Assembly: GCA_963665775.2 (NCBI GenBank)
Contig: CAXXTF010000002.1
Span: 832,001 to 896,000 of the forward strand
Source: Dehalococcoidia bacterium
Lineage (GTDB): Bacteria; Chloroflexota; Dehalococcoidia; SM23-28-2; RBG-16-64-32
Direction: 5' to 3'
Length of the DNA stretch: 64,000 nucleotides
Shown here: in pieces, positions 19,545 to 28,744 of the stretch
Position numbering within the stretch: the first letter of the stretch is position 1
Layout of the letters: each line of letters starts with the position of its first letter
The notes under the pieces: model-generated
Seen by the model: only the letters and a program-made list of their open reading frames with translations
The model's database searches: none
Told to the model about the DNA's origin: nothing
Program-made: the position numbers and the translations under genes

Positions 19545-19743
19545 CGCTCGGCCGGTGGTCCGGCGGCGGGTCACTTGCGCTCATGGAACGTCGATCCAGA
19601 AGCCTACGAGGCTGCCCTACGGGACTCTCTAGCGTTGGCGACTCGGCCGCGCTAGGGCAGGGAGGTCGTCATCCGGCACGGTGCCGCTACTTTAGACTCA
19701 CGGGGACGACGCATCAGGTAAGGATCGGCAGCTCTCACTGCTT

Positions 19744-19762
19744 CGGCTCGGTCCCCGAGCCG
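19744..19762 (-). promoter_or_regulatory. Hairpin 11 nt after the TGA; candidate bacterial SECIS
   Basis: TGA-GAGCTGGATGA-CGGCTCGG-GGA-CCGAGCCG; G-rich apical loop; no U-tract. Confidence 0.45.
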
Positions 19763-19773
19763 TCATCCAGCTC

Positions 19774-19917
19774 TCAACATCCCGGCTCGCCACGATGTCC
19801 GCAACAGCTCGACCGCATGCGGATCTTGGTCAGATTATTGGCGATCAGCCGGCCTATCTTGCGTCCCAGCGGCATAGCTGCTCTCAAGTTCGCGAACGCA
19901 GATTTAAGGTTTGGCAT
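19774..19917 (-). CDS. 47-aa basic Cys-rich protein ending CCGHRGEPGC; candidate selenoprotein
   Basis: ATG at 19917 after GAGGAGCGAAGGA; MPNLKSAFANLRAAMPLGRKIGRLIANNLTKIRMRSSCCGHRGEPGC-TGA. Confidence 0.7.
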   Translation of the reverse strand: MPNLKSAFANLRAAMPLGRKIGRLIANNLTKIRMRSSCCGHRGEPGC

Positions 19918-19964
19918 TCCTTCGCTCCTCTGACTGCACGTGGGGGCCCTGCCCTTATGACCAG

Positions 19965-20290
19965 CTACTCTTCCAGCTCGATCTGCACAACCTGCCCCGC
20001 GGCCGAAGACTCCCGTACGGCATCCAGCACCTGCTGGCACCGAAAGCCATCGTGGAAGTTAGGACTGGCGGGCCGGCCACGCTGACCGCGTCCAAGCCAT
20101 CCATCTGGAGCATCTCTCGGTAGTCCGTGAACGCCTGTGGGATGCCAAACCGTTCCGCCGCCTCCCGGGCGCGCTCGGACCGGCGAGCGCATACCGCAAC
20201 GACCTCCAGCCCTTCAGACTGGAAGGCCGGGATGTGGACCCGTGCCCCAAAGCCAACGCCGATAACGCCAACTCGGGCTCCATCCGGCAT
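19965..20290 (-). pseudogene. Gfo/Idh/MocA oxidoreductase remnant with large internal deletion
   Basis: N-terminal Rossmann VGVIGVGFG...DAVSVAGPP joined out of frame to a family-typical C-terminus SPNFHDGFRCQQVLDAVRES. Confidence 0.8.
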
Positions 20291-20398
20291 TCGCCACCTC
20301 CATGACGCCTAGTAATGCCACCGCCGCAGCTTCGTGATAAGAACGCCGGGCCGGCGCCATCGGTGCCGCCAGAGGGGCGAGGCACATAGATCCGAATA

Positions 20399-20686
20399 TC
20401 ACAGCTCCAGGAACGGAAGAAAGGCCGGCTCTCCCTTCTTCGTTTCGGTGATGGTGACACGAGCTCTCTCGATGGCGGCATCCATCCGTTCCTTCTCGTC
20501 GCCAGCCTCCACTACGTTCTCTAACACCGCAAGAAGCTTTGGCGCAGATTCGTGGAGCACGCAATAGGATATGCCATGGACTTGTCCCTCTTCCGCCTCC
20601 CGGATAACGAAGCACCCACACGGCAGCTCAGCCTCTATGAGCCAGCTATGGTCCCTGTCCGTGAAGACCTCTCCTTCGTGACTCAT
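20399..20686 (-). CDS. 95-aa hypothetical protein with CGC and CxxH motifs
   Basis: AAGGAGGA RBS at good spacing to ATG 20686; LPCGC...YCVLHESAPKLL. Confidence 0.7.
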   Translation of the reverse strand: MSHEGEVFTDRDHSWLIEAELPCGCFVIREAEEGQVHGISYCVLHESAPKLLAVLENVVEAGDEKERMDAAIERARVTITETKKGEPAFLPFLEL

Positions 20687-20956
20687 TTCCATTCCTCCTT
20701 CCCGATCTCTTTCGATTGGCGCCGCAATTCTGGTCTCGCTGGAGAAATCCGGCAAACGCTCCCGCGGCCTCGTCAGCCGCCGGTAGACCGCTGGCACCAG
20801 TTGGCCGTTACAGATCCTCCCTCTCGGGTGGCGGATCGGCACTCCACGGCTACCATCCACACCCTATCGGGAGGTAATCCGGGGCTCAGGCGTGATGACG
20901 ATCAATATGGAGCAGGTCATCCTTGCGTCGCGGAGAGCGACGACGGCGGTCCGCCG

Positions 20957-21223
20957 CTACCCGCCGCCCATAGCAGGAATGAAGTGAATCTCGGAGTCCT
21001 CCTGGATCGGCTGCAACAAGCCCAGATGGGCCGTCTCTCCATCGATGGCCACAGCGATACCAGGTTGAATTTGTCCCGCCTCGTCTATCAGCTTTTCCTT
21101 CATGCCGGGGCAAATTTGGTCAAGTTGATTGATTACCTGGCGCAGCGTCAGGCCAGGCACCGTGATCTTCTCCGCGCCCCCGGCTAAGCCCTGGAGCTGG
21201 GGAGGGACCCAAACAACTGCCAT
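20957..21223 (-). CDS. MoaD/ThiS ubiquitin-like sulfur carrier
   Basis: 88 aa, beta-grasp pattern, C-terminal IPAMGGG. Confidence 0.9.
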   Translation of the reverse strand: MAVVWVPPQLQGLAGGAEKITVPGLTLRQVINQLDQICPGMKEKLIDEAGQIQPGIAVAIDGETAHLGLLQPIQEDSEIHFIPAMGGG

Positions 21224-21260
21224 AGCGATCCGGCCGCGTCACCGAGAAGGCTGGTGAGGT

Positions 21261-21746
21261 TCATGAGGCCTTGCTCCTGATCATTTCGCCCGCCTGAAGG
21301 ACGGCCCTTACTATCTTGTCGTAACCCGTGCAGCGGCATAGGTTTCCGGCCAGCCATTCGCGGATCCGTTGCTCGTCCGCGTCAGGCTCCCTATCCAGGA
21401 GCACCTTTGCCGCGATGATGAACCCGGGGGTGCATATTCCGCACTGGAGGGCAGCCTGTTCCAGGAAGGCCTGCTGCACCGGGTGCAGCTCCTCCGGCGA
21501 TGCCACGCCTTCGATCGTGGTGACGCTTTTCCCCTCCAGTTCGGCAGCCAGAACGAGGCAGGAGTCGACCAGTCTTCCGTCCAGGATAACGCTGCAGGCG
21601 CCGCAATTGCCGTCGTTGCAGCCCTCCTTGGTGCCGGTCAGCCCCAGCACATCGCGCAAGACGTCCAGCAGGCTCTGGCGACTGTCGCACAGGAACTCTG
21701 CTTCGTTGCCATTAATACTGGTTCGGATATGTACCGTTTGAGTCAT
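21261..21746 (-). CDS. Mo-hydroxylase 2Fe-2S subunit (CoxS/XdhC-like)
   Basis: GCNDGNCGAC..C and QCGICTPG..NLCRCTGY. Confidence 0.95.
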   Translation of the reverse strand: MTQTVHIRTSINGNEAEFLCDSRQSLLDVLRDVLGLTGTKEGCNDGNCGACSVILDGRLVDSCLVLAAELEGKSVTTIEGVASPEELHPVQQAFLEQAALQCGICTPGFIIAAKVLLDREPDADEQRIREWLAGNLCRCTGYDKIVRAVLQAGEMIRSKAS

Positions 21747-22639
21747 CGTTCCCGCACCTCGTTCGCTCTCCGGATGGCGGTCCTAAGCGCCCTTTTCGTA
21801 AGGACGCCCACCAGATGGACCCGTTGGTGGGCGGTGCCCCGCATGTCGCTTATGGGACGAGCGGCGCCCTTGGCCGCCTCCGCCGCCTCCTCGATGGCGC
21901 CCTCGTTGGCCTCCTTGCCGACCAGCAACGCGCTCGCCTCGGTAGCGAAAATCGGGGTCGGGCCGACGGCCGCCAGGGCGATCCTAGCCGACCGAATATG
22001 GCCGTCGTCCAGGACCACGGAAGCCCCGACCCCCACCACCGCGATGTCCATCTCGTTCCGCGGAATGAATCGAAGATAATGGGCGCCGGAGTTCGGCCGG
22101 GGCGACGGGAACTTCACGGCGACCAGCAATTCGCCCTCCTCAAGCAACGTCCTCCCGGGGCCGGTGCAGAATTCTTCCACGGGCACACTCCGGCGACCCT
22201 TAGTCCCAGCGACCAGGCATGTCCCTTCCAGAGCGATGAGCGCGGGGATGGCGTCAGCGCTGGGAGATCCGTTACAGAGGTTTCCGCCCACGCTGGCCCG
22301 GTCCTGAATCTGCACGCTGCCGATCAGCGAAGCCGAATCGACGAGCGCCGGATATAGCCTGGCGATCGTTTCGTCCTCATAGATACGGTAGCAGGGCACG
22401 GCGGCACCCAGCGTGAGCCCGTCTCCTTCTGAATAAGACAGCTCGTTGAGTTCAGGAACGTTCTTCACATCCACCAAGCGTTCAACTTGATGGCGGCCGG
22501 CACGCATCTGGACAAGGATATCCGTCCCACCGGCCAAAATACGGGCCTTGGCGCCCTTCTCCGCCATCATGCTGACAGCTTCGTCCAAGCTCTTTGGCGC
22601 TACGTACTCTAATGGCTGCAGAAAACCCCTCCTTCTCAC
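21743..22639 (-). CDS. Mo-hydroxylase FAD subunit (CoxM-like)
   Basis: LAGGTD, IGSVQIQDRASVGGNLCNGSPSAD, PISDMRG; real start may be CTG 22621. Confidence 0.95.
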   Translation of the reverse strand: MRRRGFLQPLEYVAPKSLDEAVSMMAEKGAKARILAGGTDILVQMRAGRHQVERLVDVKNVPELNELSYSEGDGLTLGAAVPCYRIYEDETIARLYPALVDSASLIGSVQIQDRASVGGNLCNGSPSADAIPALIALEGTCLVAGTKGRRSVPVEEFCTGPGRTLLEEGELLVAVKFPSPRPNSGAHYLRFIPRNEMDIAVVGVGASVVLDDGHIRSARIALAAVGPTPIFATEASALLVGKEANEGAIEEAAEAAKGAARPISDMRGTAHQRVHLVGVLTKRALRTAIRRANEVRER

Positions 22640-22710
22640 CTCGCACGGCTGACCGGCTCCCTTCCGGGCCAGCGGTCAGACGCCGCTACGATCCAGCGTG
22701 ATAGTGCCTA

Positions 22711-25062
22711 TCATCCATGCCCGGCCCCTGACCCTGCCGACCGCGAACCAGCCCCGACCAGCCCGCTCTCCGCCTCCAGAGCTTCTAGGATCGCGCCGGG
22801 CGACATGGGTAGCTTGGCCATACGCTTCCCGGTAGCATGATAGATGGCATTCGCTATCGCAGCCATAGGCACTACGATAGGTATCTCCCCTACACCCCGG
22901 ACGCCAAGCGGGTGGCGCGGGTGCGGTACCTCTATCAGCACGGTATCGATCATTGGTACGTCCAGGCTGGTCGGCATCCGGTAATCGAGGAAGCTGGAGT
23001 TCAGCATCGTACCGTCATCGGAGTAGAAATACTCCTCGTTCAGCGCCCAGCCGATGCCCTGTACGCAGCCGCCCTGCAGCTGACCTTCCACATAGCTGGG
23101 ATGCACGGCCCGACCGGCGTCCATGAAGGCCGTGTAGCGAAGGATCTGCACCTTGCCGGTCTCAAGGTCTACTTCCAGGTCCACGATGTTGCCGCCGAAG
23201 GTAGGCCCGACACCGATGTTCTTGTTTGTCGCTGAGCAGGAGATCGGGCCGCCGGTGCTCATTAGCTTGCCCGCCAGCGCCTTGAAATCGATCTTCATCT
23301 CCGGGTTATTAGTGCAGATAAAGACGCCGTCCTCGAACTCGACCTCGTCTTCTGGCACTTCCCATAAGAGAGCGGCGCGGGCGATCATCCGCCGCTTGAC
23401 CTCTTCCGCGGCATCCATCGCCGCCAGTGTCGTGTCGAAGGCGACCCGACTGCCACCGGTGGCGCCGGACCAGCCTACCGCGTCGGTGTCTACCACCTGA
23501 GGTGTGACTTCTTCCGCAGTCAGCCCCAACACCTCAGCGGCCGCCATCGCCGTCGCGACTCGCGTACCACCAATGTCCACCGCCCCGCTCACCAGGCTCA
23601 TCGTGCCGTCGCTGTTTACATTCAGCGTAACGGAGGACGATCCTCCCGCGTTCCAGCGAAAACCTACAGCCACGCCCCGGCCGCGGCCAGGGCCATCGAG
23701 CGGCGCGCTGTAGTGGGGATGCGCTTTCATCGCCTCCGCCAGCTCCTTGTAGCCGATGCGGGGGAACGGCACCCCGCTGGCCATCCGGTCCCCCTCCTCG
23801 ACGGCGTTCTTCAAGCGGAACTCCACAGGGTCCATGCCTAGCTTCTCCGCCAGCTCGTCAATCACAGGCTCGACGGCAAAACAGGCCTGGGGATAGCCGG
23901 GCGCCCGGTAGGCCTGCACCCGCTGCTTGTTGGAAACGACATCGTACCCGTCCACCAGCAGGTTATCCATCTTGTATGGGCCCAGGCCGCCAGTGGCGCC
24001 ACCGCCCGCGGCCACGCCGGGAAACGCCCCCGCCTCGTACGCCAGGTAGAGCTGCGCCGCCGTAATGACGCCGTCTCGCGAGGCTCCAATCTTGCATCTC
24101 ATATGGCTGCCGGGGGCCGGGCCTGTACCCTCGAATATCTCGGTGCGGGTCATGATAATTCTGACGGGACGGCCGCTCTTTCGCGAAAGGATGGCCACGA
24201 CGGGGTCCAGGTAACTGACAAGCTTTCCACCGAAGCCGCCGCCGATCTCTTGCGGGATCACTCGAACCACCGATTCCGGTATGCCGAGTATGGCCGCGGT
24301 GGATTCACGGACGCCGAACTGGTTCTGAGTGCTAGTCCAGATGGTCAAGCGGCCATCGAGCGCCCAGTGCGCGGTTGAGGCATGGGGCTCGATATAGCCC
24401 TGGTGAACGGTCTCGGTCGTAAACTCACGCTCGACGATGATGTCGGCCTGTTTGAACCCCACCTCAACATCGCCGCGCTTGAACTGGAGGTGGCCGGCGA
24501 TATTACTCGTTTTTCCGGTGTCGCTCCCTCGCTCGAACCGCTGAACGCGGAACATTGTGGTCAGGTTCTCATGAAGTATGGGCGCGTCCTCTCGCATCGC
24601 CGCCCGGACATCGAAGACAGCCGGCAGCACTTCGTACTCCACCTCGATGAGGTTGAGCGCCTCCTCAGCGATGTGCGTAGTAGTGGCCGCCACTGCCGCC
24701 ACGGCCTGACCTTTGTACAGCACCTTTTCGCTCGCGAGGATGTTCTCCGCTAGCACTCTGGCGCTGCCCATGGTCTCCGAAAAGTCCATGAGCTTCTCCT
24801 CCACGATGGGAAAGTCCCGAGACGTGGCTATAGCCGTCACGCCGGCCAGCGCCTCTGCTTTACCCGTATTAATGGACTTTATGCGGGCGTGGGCGTGAGG
24901 ACTGCGGAGGATCTTTCCGTGCAGTAAACCAGCCATCTGAACATCGGGGGCAAACTTGGCTCGCCCTGTGACCTTGTCCAGGCCATCATGTCTGATCGGT
25001 CTGGTCCCAATAACCTTGAACCCGTTGGCACGTTGGCCGTTCGCGTCTCCCTTTTTGGCCAC
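22711..25062 (-). CDS. Xanthine dehydrogenase-family molybdopterin-binding subunit (CoxL-like)
   Basis: RSPHAHA, QGYIEPH, IGGGFGGK, AYRAPG, GGSR, VEGQLQGG, GVGE; GAGGAGG RBS before GTG. Confidence 0.95.
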   Translation of the reverse strand: MAKKGDANGQRANGFKVIGTRPIRHDGLDKVTGRAKFAPDVQMAGLLHGKILRSPHAHARIKSINTGKAEALAGVTAIATSRDFPIVEEKLMDFSETMGSARVLAENILASEKVLYKGQAVAAVAATTTHIAEEALNLIEVEYEVLPAVFDVRAAMREDAPILHENLTTMFRVQRFERGSDTGKTSNIAGHLQFKRGDVEVGFKQADIIVEREFTTETVHQGYIEPHASTAHWALDGRLTIWTSTQNQFGVRESTAAILGIPESVVRVIPQEIGGGFGGKLVSYLDPVVAILSRKSGRPVRIIMTRTEIFEGTGPAPGSHMRCKIGASRDGVITAAQLYLAYEAGAFPGVAAGGGATGGLGPYKMDNLLVDGYDVVSNKQRVQAYRAPGYPQACFAVEPVIDELAEKLGMDPVEFRLKNAVEEGDRMASGVPFPRIGYKELAEAMKAHPHYSAPLDGPGRGRGVAVGFRWNAGGSSSVTLNVNSDGTMSLVSGAVDIGGTRVATAMAAAEVLGLTAEEVTPQVVDTDAVGWSGATGGSRVAFDTTLAAMDAAEEVKRRMIARAALLWEVPEDEVEFEDGVFICTNNPEMKIDFKALAGKLMSTGGPISCSATNKNIGVGPTFGGNIVDLEVDLETGKVQILRYTAFMDAGRAVHPSYVEGQLQGGCVQGIGWALNEEYFYSDDGTMLNSSFLDYRMPTSLDVPMIDTVLIEVPHPRHPLGVRGVGEIPIVVPMAAIANAIYHATGKRMAKLPMSPGAILEALEAESGLVGAGSRSAGSGAGHG

Positions 25063-25090
25063 AGTTCTACCTCCTCAGGCAAGCTTTAAA

Positions 25091-25122
25091 CGTCCGAGCG
25101 TCCGAGCGCCCGAGCGCCCGAG
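25091..25122. repeat. 8-bp tandem repeat x4 (CGYCCGAG)
   Basis: cgtccgag cgtccgag cgcccgag cgcccgag. Confidence 0.85.
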
Positions 25123-25396
25123 ATTCACAGCGGATAGAGCAATGGCCACCGGCCGTCAACCTTGCGGTTCGACTCACCCCACTGCAACGCGCTGCGTTCA
25201 TGTTAAGGGGAACTTATGACACATGCAACAGTCTAAACCACCCCTCAGCTATCCGGGTCCGCCCCGGCACCCACCTATTTTGTGTATATTGCCAACCCAC
25301 ACGCTGCTCGGCGGGAGATCGACCCGCATACGGCGGCGAGGCGGCTCATCGGCGGCCCAGACCTGTCGCTACCCGTCCCAGGGGGCGCAACGCTGC

Positions 25397-25425
25397 TTGA
25401 CAGGGCAGAGAGCGCGAAGTACATT
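25397..25425 (+). promoter_or_regulatory. Sigma70-type promoter for the YbhB/YbcL gene
   Basis: TTGACA-17 nt-TACATT. Confidence 0.6.
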
Positions 25426-25496
25426 TCATTTCGATCTTGGGTGTGCCCGATTAGGGCCTCCCTCCGTTGGCATAAGGTCAAGCTAAGGAGAATAGC

Positions 25497-25964
25497 ATGG
25501 CGCTTTCCTTGAGAAGCAATAGCTTCGGCAGCGGAGAAGCGATTCCCCCTCAGTATACCGGGGATGGTGAGAACGTTTCCCCCCAACTCTCCTGGAGCGA
25601 GGTCCCTGAGAACACAGCAGCCTTCACCCTCATCATGGACGACCCGGATGCGCCTGCTCCCTGGGAGTTCTTTACCCACTGGGTACTAATCAACCTCCCG
25701 GCGGACGTTCGGGAGCTGCCACAAGGGCTGCCCAAGAGCGAGACGCTGGAAGACGGCTCCGTTCAGGGCGCGACGGGCACCGGCCAAATCGGATACTTTG
25801 GGCCCTCTCCTCCGCCGGGGACGCCCCACCGGTACCGCTTCATCGTATATGCGCTCGACGCTGCCCTGGCCTTGGGTCCCGGCGTAACTAAGGAAGCGGC
25901 CGTGGAGGCGATGGCGGGCCACATCCTCGCAGAAGCGGAGCTTGTGGGCACCTACGGCCGGTAA
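25497..25964 (+). CDS. YbhB/YbcL (PEBP/Raf kinase inhibitor-like) protein
   Basis: SPQLSW, DDPDAP, FTHW, GPSPP..HRYRF..YALD; AAGGAG RBS. Confidence 0.93.
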   Translation: MALSLRSNSFGSGEAIPPQYTGDGENVSPQLSWSEVPENTAAFTLIMDDPDAPAPWEFFTHWVLINLPADVRELPQGLPKSETLEDGSVQGATGTGQIGYFGPSPPPGTPHRYRFIVYALDAALALGPGVTKEAAVEAMAGHILAEAELVGTYGR

Positions 25965-26083
25965 ACGTTGTTCCGCACTCACCACTTACCGACATCCCAT
26001 CCGTCCCGCCGGCGCTCAGCACAGCTCAACGTGTCAACCCGAGAAGGGCAAGACCCGATTCTAGAAACGACTGGGGTGAACTT

Positions 26084-26986
26084 ATGACTGATCTGCCAAG
26101 ACGGAAACTGGGACGCACGGGCTTGCTGGTTACGGCATTGGGTTACGGCGCCATGGAACTGCGAGGCGGCCGGCGCGGCCCTGATCTCGGTCCCCAACAC
26201 GCGGAGGCGTTGCTCAATGGGTTGCTGGACGCCGGCATAAATTACGTTGACACCTCGATCGACTACGGTCGGAGCGAGGAGTTGATCGGAAAGCACATCG
26301 CACACCGCCGCTCGGAGTACTACCTGGCCACCAAGTGCGGCTGCCTGGTCGGCGGTCCGCAGCCGGCCCAGGGGCAACGACCGACCCATGTCTTCACGCG
26401 CGACAACATCTTGGCCGGCGTGAGCCAGAGCCTCTCCCGCATGAAAACCGACTATATTGACGTGCTCCAGTTCCACGCCGGGCCATCCCGAGAAGAGCTG
26501 GAGGATAACGACGCGCTCCAGACGCTCCTCGACCTGAAACGCGACGGAAAGATCCGGTTTATCGGCATGTCGTCTACCCTTCCCAACCTGGCAGACCACA
26601 TTCGTATGGGCGTCTTCGACGTCTTTCAACTACCCTACTCTGCACTCCAGCGGGAGCACGAGGACGTCTTCACCCAGGCCGCTCAGGCAGGCGCAGGGAC
26701 AGTCATCAGGGGCGGCGCTGCCCGCGGCGCCCCATCCGATGGGAAACAGGCGGGGGGAGCGTGGGAATTATGGCAGAAGGCCCAAATGGACGAACTCCTT
26801 GACGGCATGACTCGCATGGAGTTCACGCTGCGCTTCACGATCACGCACCCGGACGTTCACACCACAATCGTCGGCACGAGCAATCCCGACCACCTGAGCG
26901 ACAACGTACGCGCTGTCCAGAAGGGGCCGCTTTCCCCTGATCTCTATGCTGAGGCCAAGCGCCGGCTTGCCGCAGCTGGCACGTAG
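26084..26986 (+). CDS. Aldo/keto reductase
   Basis: LGRTG, DTSIDYG.SEELIG, LATKCG, QFH, GKIRFIGMS. Confidence 0.92.
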   Translation: MTDLPRRKLGRTGLLVTALGYGAMELRGGRRGPDLGPQHAEALLNGLLDAGINYVDTSIDYGRSEELIGKHIAHRRSEYYLATKCGCLVGGPQPAQGQRPTHVFTRDNILAGVSQSLSRMKTDYIDVLQFHAGPSREELEDNDALQTLLDLKRDGKIRFIGMSSTLPNLADHIRMGVFDVFQLPYSALQREHEDVFTQAAQAGAGTVIRGGAARGAPSDGKQAGGAWELWQKAQMDELLDGMTRMEFTLRFTITHPDVHTTIVGTSNPDHLSDNVRAVQKGPLSPDLYAEAKRRLAAAGT

Positions 26987-27167
26987 TCGAACACGAGATA
27001 GCTCCGGCAACCACCCTATACCTTCATCTATAAACGTTTCCGAGCGGAGGCGGCTGGTCCCACTCTTAGGAGGATGCGTTCTTGCAGCCTTCGGCAGGCG
27101 ACAGCCGCTGAGCTGCCGGCCCTCGCAAGCGCCGGAGCCGACACACCGGCCGGGGGTCTCTCGCTAC

Positions 27168-27716
27168 CTAAACGCCGATCACCGGACACCCCGCCTCCTG
27201 GCTGACCGACAGTCCGGCTACGAAGCGAAGTAGCTTGAGGGAATCGACGGCATCGACATCGTCGTCACAGTCCACGTCGCCGAATAGAGAGGCGACCTCG
27301 CTCCCGATATCCGGGCAGCCTGGCTGCTGGCTCACTGGCAGGCCGGCCACAAAGCGCAGCTCCTTCAAGGAATCCACCGCGTCCACATCGTCATCGCAGT
27401 CCACGTCGCCAAAGACGAACGCCTCCGGCGTAGGTGCGGGCGGCTCGACCGGCTCGGACCCGGAGGCCGCGGCGCCCGGCCAGAAGCCAGCATCGAGCTG
27501 GAAGCCGTCGCTCGCCGAGGTGCCAGGCGCGTTCTGTCCCACCGTCGATCCCAGGGCAAAACTGTCCGATGCGCCACTATCGCTCCCACCGCCAAGCACG
27601 TTCCAGCTGAGGTCGAAATTGGTGGAGGTCTGGGCGATGACCACCCCTATGGCTATGAGACCGATCAGGAGAGCTACCCCTGCGACCAGGAAACCTGAGA
27701 CATGTCTATTCATCAC
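27168..27716 (-). CDS. Secreted protein with two dockerin-like Ca-binding repeats
   Basis: Signal peptide; SWNVLGGG...GQ...GFW domain; Pro linker; 2x FGDVDCDDDVDAVDSLK.LRFVAGL. Confidence 0.8.
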   Translation of the reverse strand: MMNRHVSGFLVAGVALLIGLIAIGVVIAQTSTNFDLSWNVLGGGSDSGASDSFALGSTVGQNAPGTSASDGFQLDAGFWPGAAASGSEPVEPPAPTPEAFVFGDVDCDDDVDAVDSLKELRFVAGLPVSQQPGCPDIGSEVASLFGDVDCDDDVDAVDSLKLLRFVAGLSVSQEAGCPVIGV

Positions 27717-27740
27717 AATGCTCCATGGCGTAGCGGACGC

Positions 27741-27929
27741 CTACCTGATCTCCCAGATGCGCGCGCGGATCTTGTCGCAAAATGGATCGTCGGCCCACCG
27801 AAAGATGTCGATCGTGTCTGATAGTAGATCGTCCCAGGTGGCGCCCCTCAAGGTGCCGCCGTCCGCGTCACTGCCCACATTCCAGTTATGGGCGAGGCCG
27901 TCTCCATCCCACATGCAATGCATCTCCAC
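27741..27929 (-). pseudogene. 3' remnant of a gene cut by the IS1595 left end
   Basis: Gene-like GC3-rich codons; frame begins exactly at the putative IS end at 27930. Confidence 0.5.
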
Positions 27930-28668
27930 GTAATTATCCCCTTAACGTAGGTACTTGTTCATGGTACGATATCCCCGAAAGGTAGGTAGAAACCATGAAC
28001 AAGTACACAATCCGAGACCTCGATAGTCAGTTCCCCACGGACGATGCTTGCCTGGACTGGCTGAAGGATTACCTCTACCCCGATGGCATCTTTTGCAAGG
28101 TCTGCCAAGCCGTCACTAAGCATCATCGGATTAAGAGCCGCACTTCCTACTCATGTGACCGCTGCGGGCACCATGAGCACCCGATGGCCGAAACGATTTT
28201 CGAGAACTCACGCACCCCGCTCCGACTGTGGTTCCATGCTGTATTTCTCATGGCCTCCACACGCTGCGGCATTTCGGCTAAGCAGCTTGAGCGTCAATTG
28301 GGCGTCACCTATAAGACGGCTTGGCGCATGTTCAAGCAGATTCGTACCCTTCTGGCTGAGCCGCCTAGCCTCCTCTCCGGCCAAGTGGAGGTTGATGAGA
28401 CCTACATCGGCGGCAGGCCGCGTCAGAGCACCGACAGGCGAACCGCCGCCCGAACCCGCATGAGTAACAAGTCTGCGGTTGTTGGCCATGTCCAGCGCGG
28501 TGGTAGGCTTCACGCCATCCACCTACCAGATGGTACAGCCAAGGTGCTGGTGCCCCTAGTTGAACAGTACATCATCCCTGGCTCCACGGTTTACAGCGAC
28601 GAACTCCCCGCCTACAAGGCGCTTGCCCGTAAGGGCTACCAGCACAAGCGGGTCCACCACGCTGCTAA
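27930..28668 (+). mobile_element. IS1595-family element, left part only
   Basis: Putative left end GTAATTATCCCCTTA at 27930, followed by transposase; no matching right end found by eye. Confidence 0.75.
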
Positions 28669-28744
28669 GCCCGAATCCACCGAAGGACGGCCTTGGGGAC
28701 AGTCCTTGAAGAAGCCATCGGGTGCTCCTCTGAATCTGGGATAA
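27995..28744 (+). pseudogene. IS1595-family transposase truncated at about residue 225 by IS1380
   Basis: Zn ribbon CKVC/CDRC, HTH GISAKQLERQLGVTYKTAW, VEVDETY, YSDE; third catalytic (E) region missing; tail is read-through into the IS1380 IR. Confidence 0.88.

Noticed and set aside
20700-20785. CTGACGA...GAAA hammerhead-like words on the minus strand
   Set aside because: Stem II does not pair next to the core
22711-25062. Calling the Mo-enzyme coxL (aerobic CO dehydrogenase)
   Set aside because: The active-site loop is AYRAPG, not AYxCSFR, and there are no cox accessory genes
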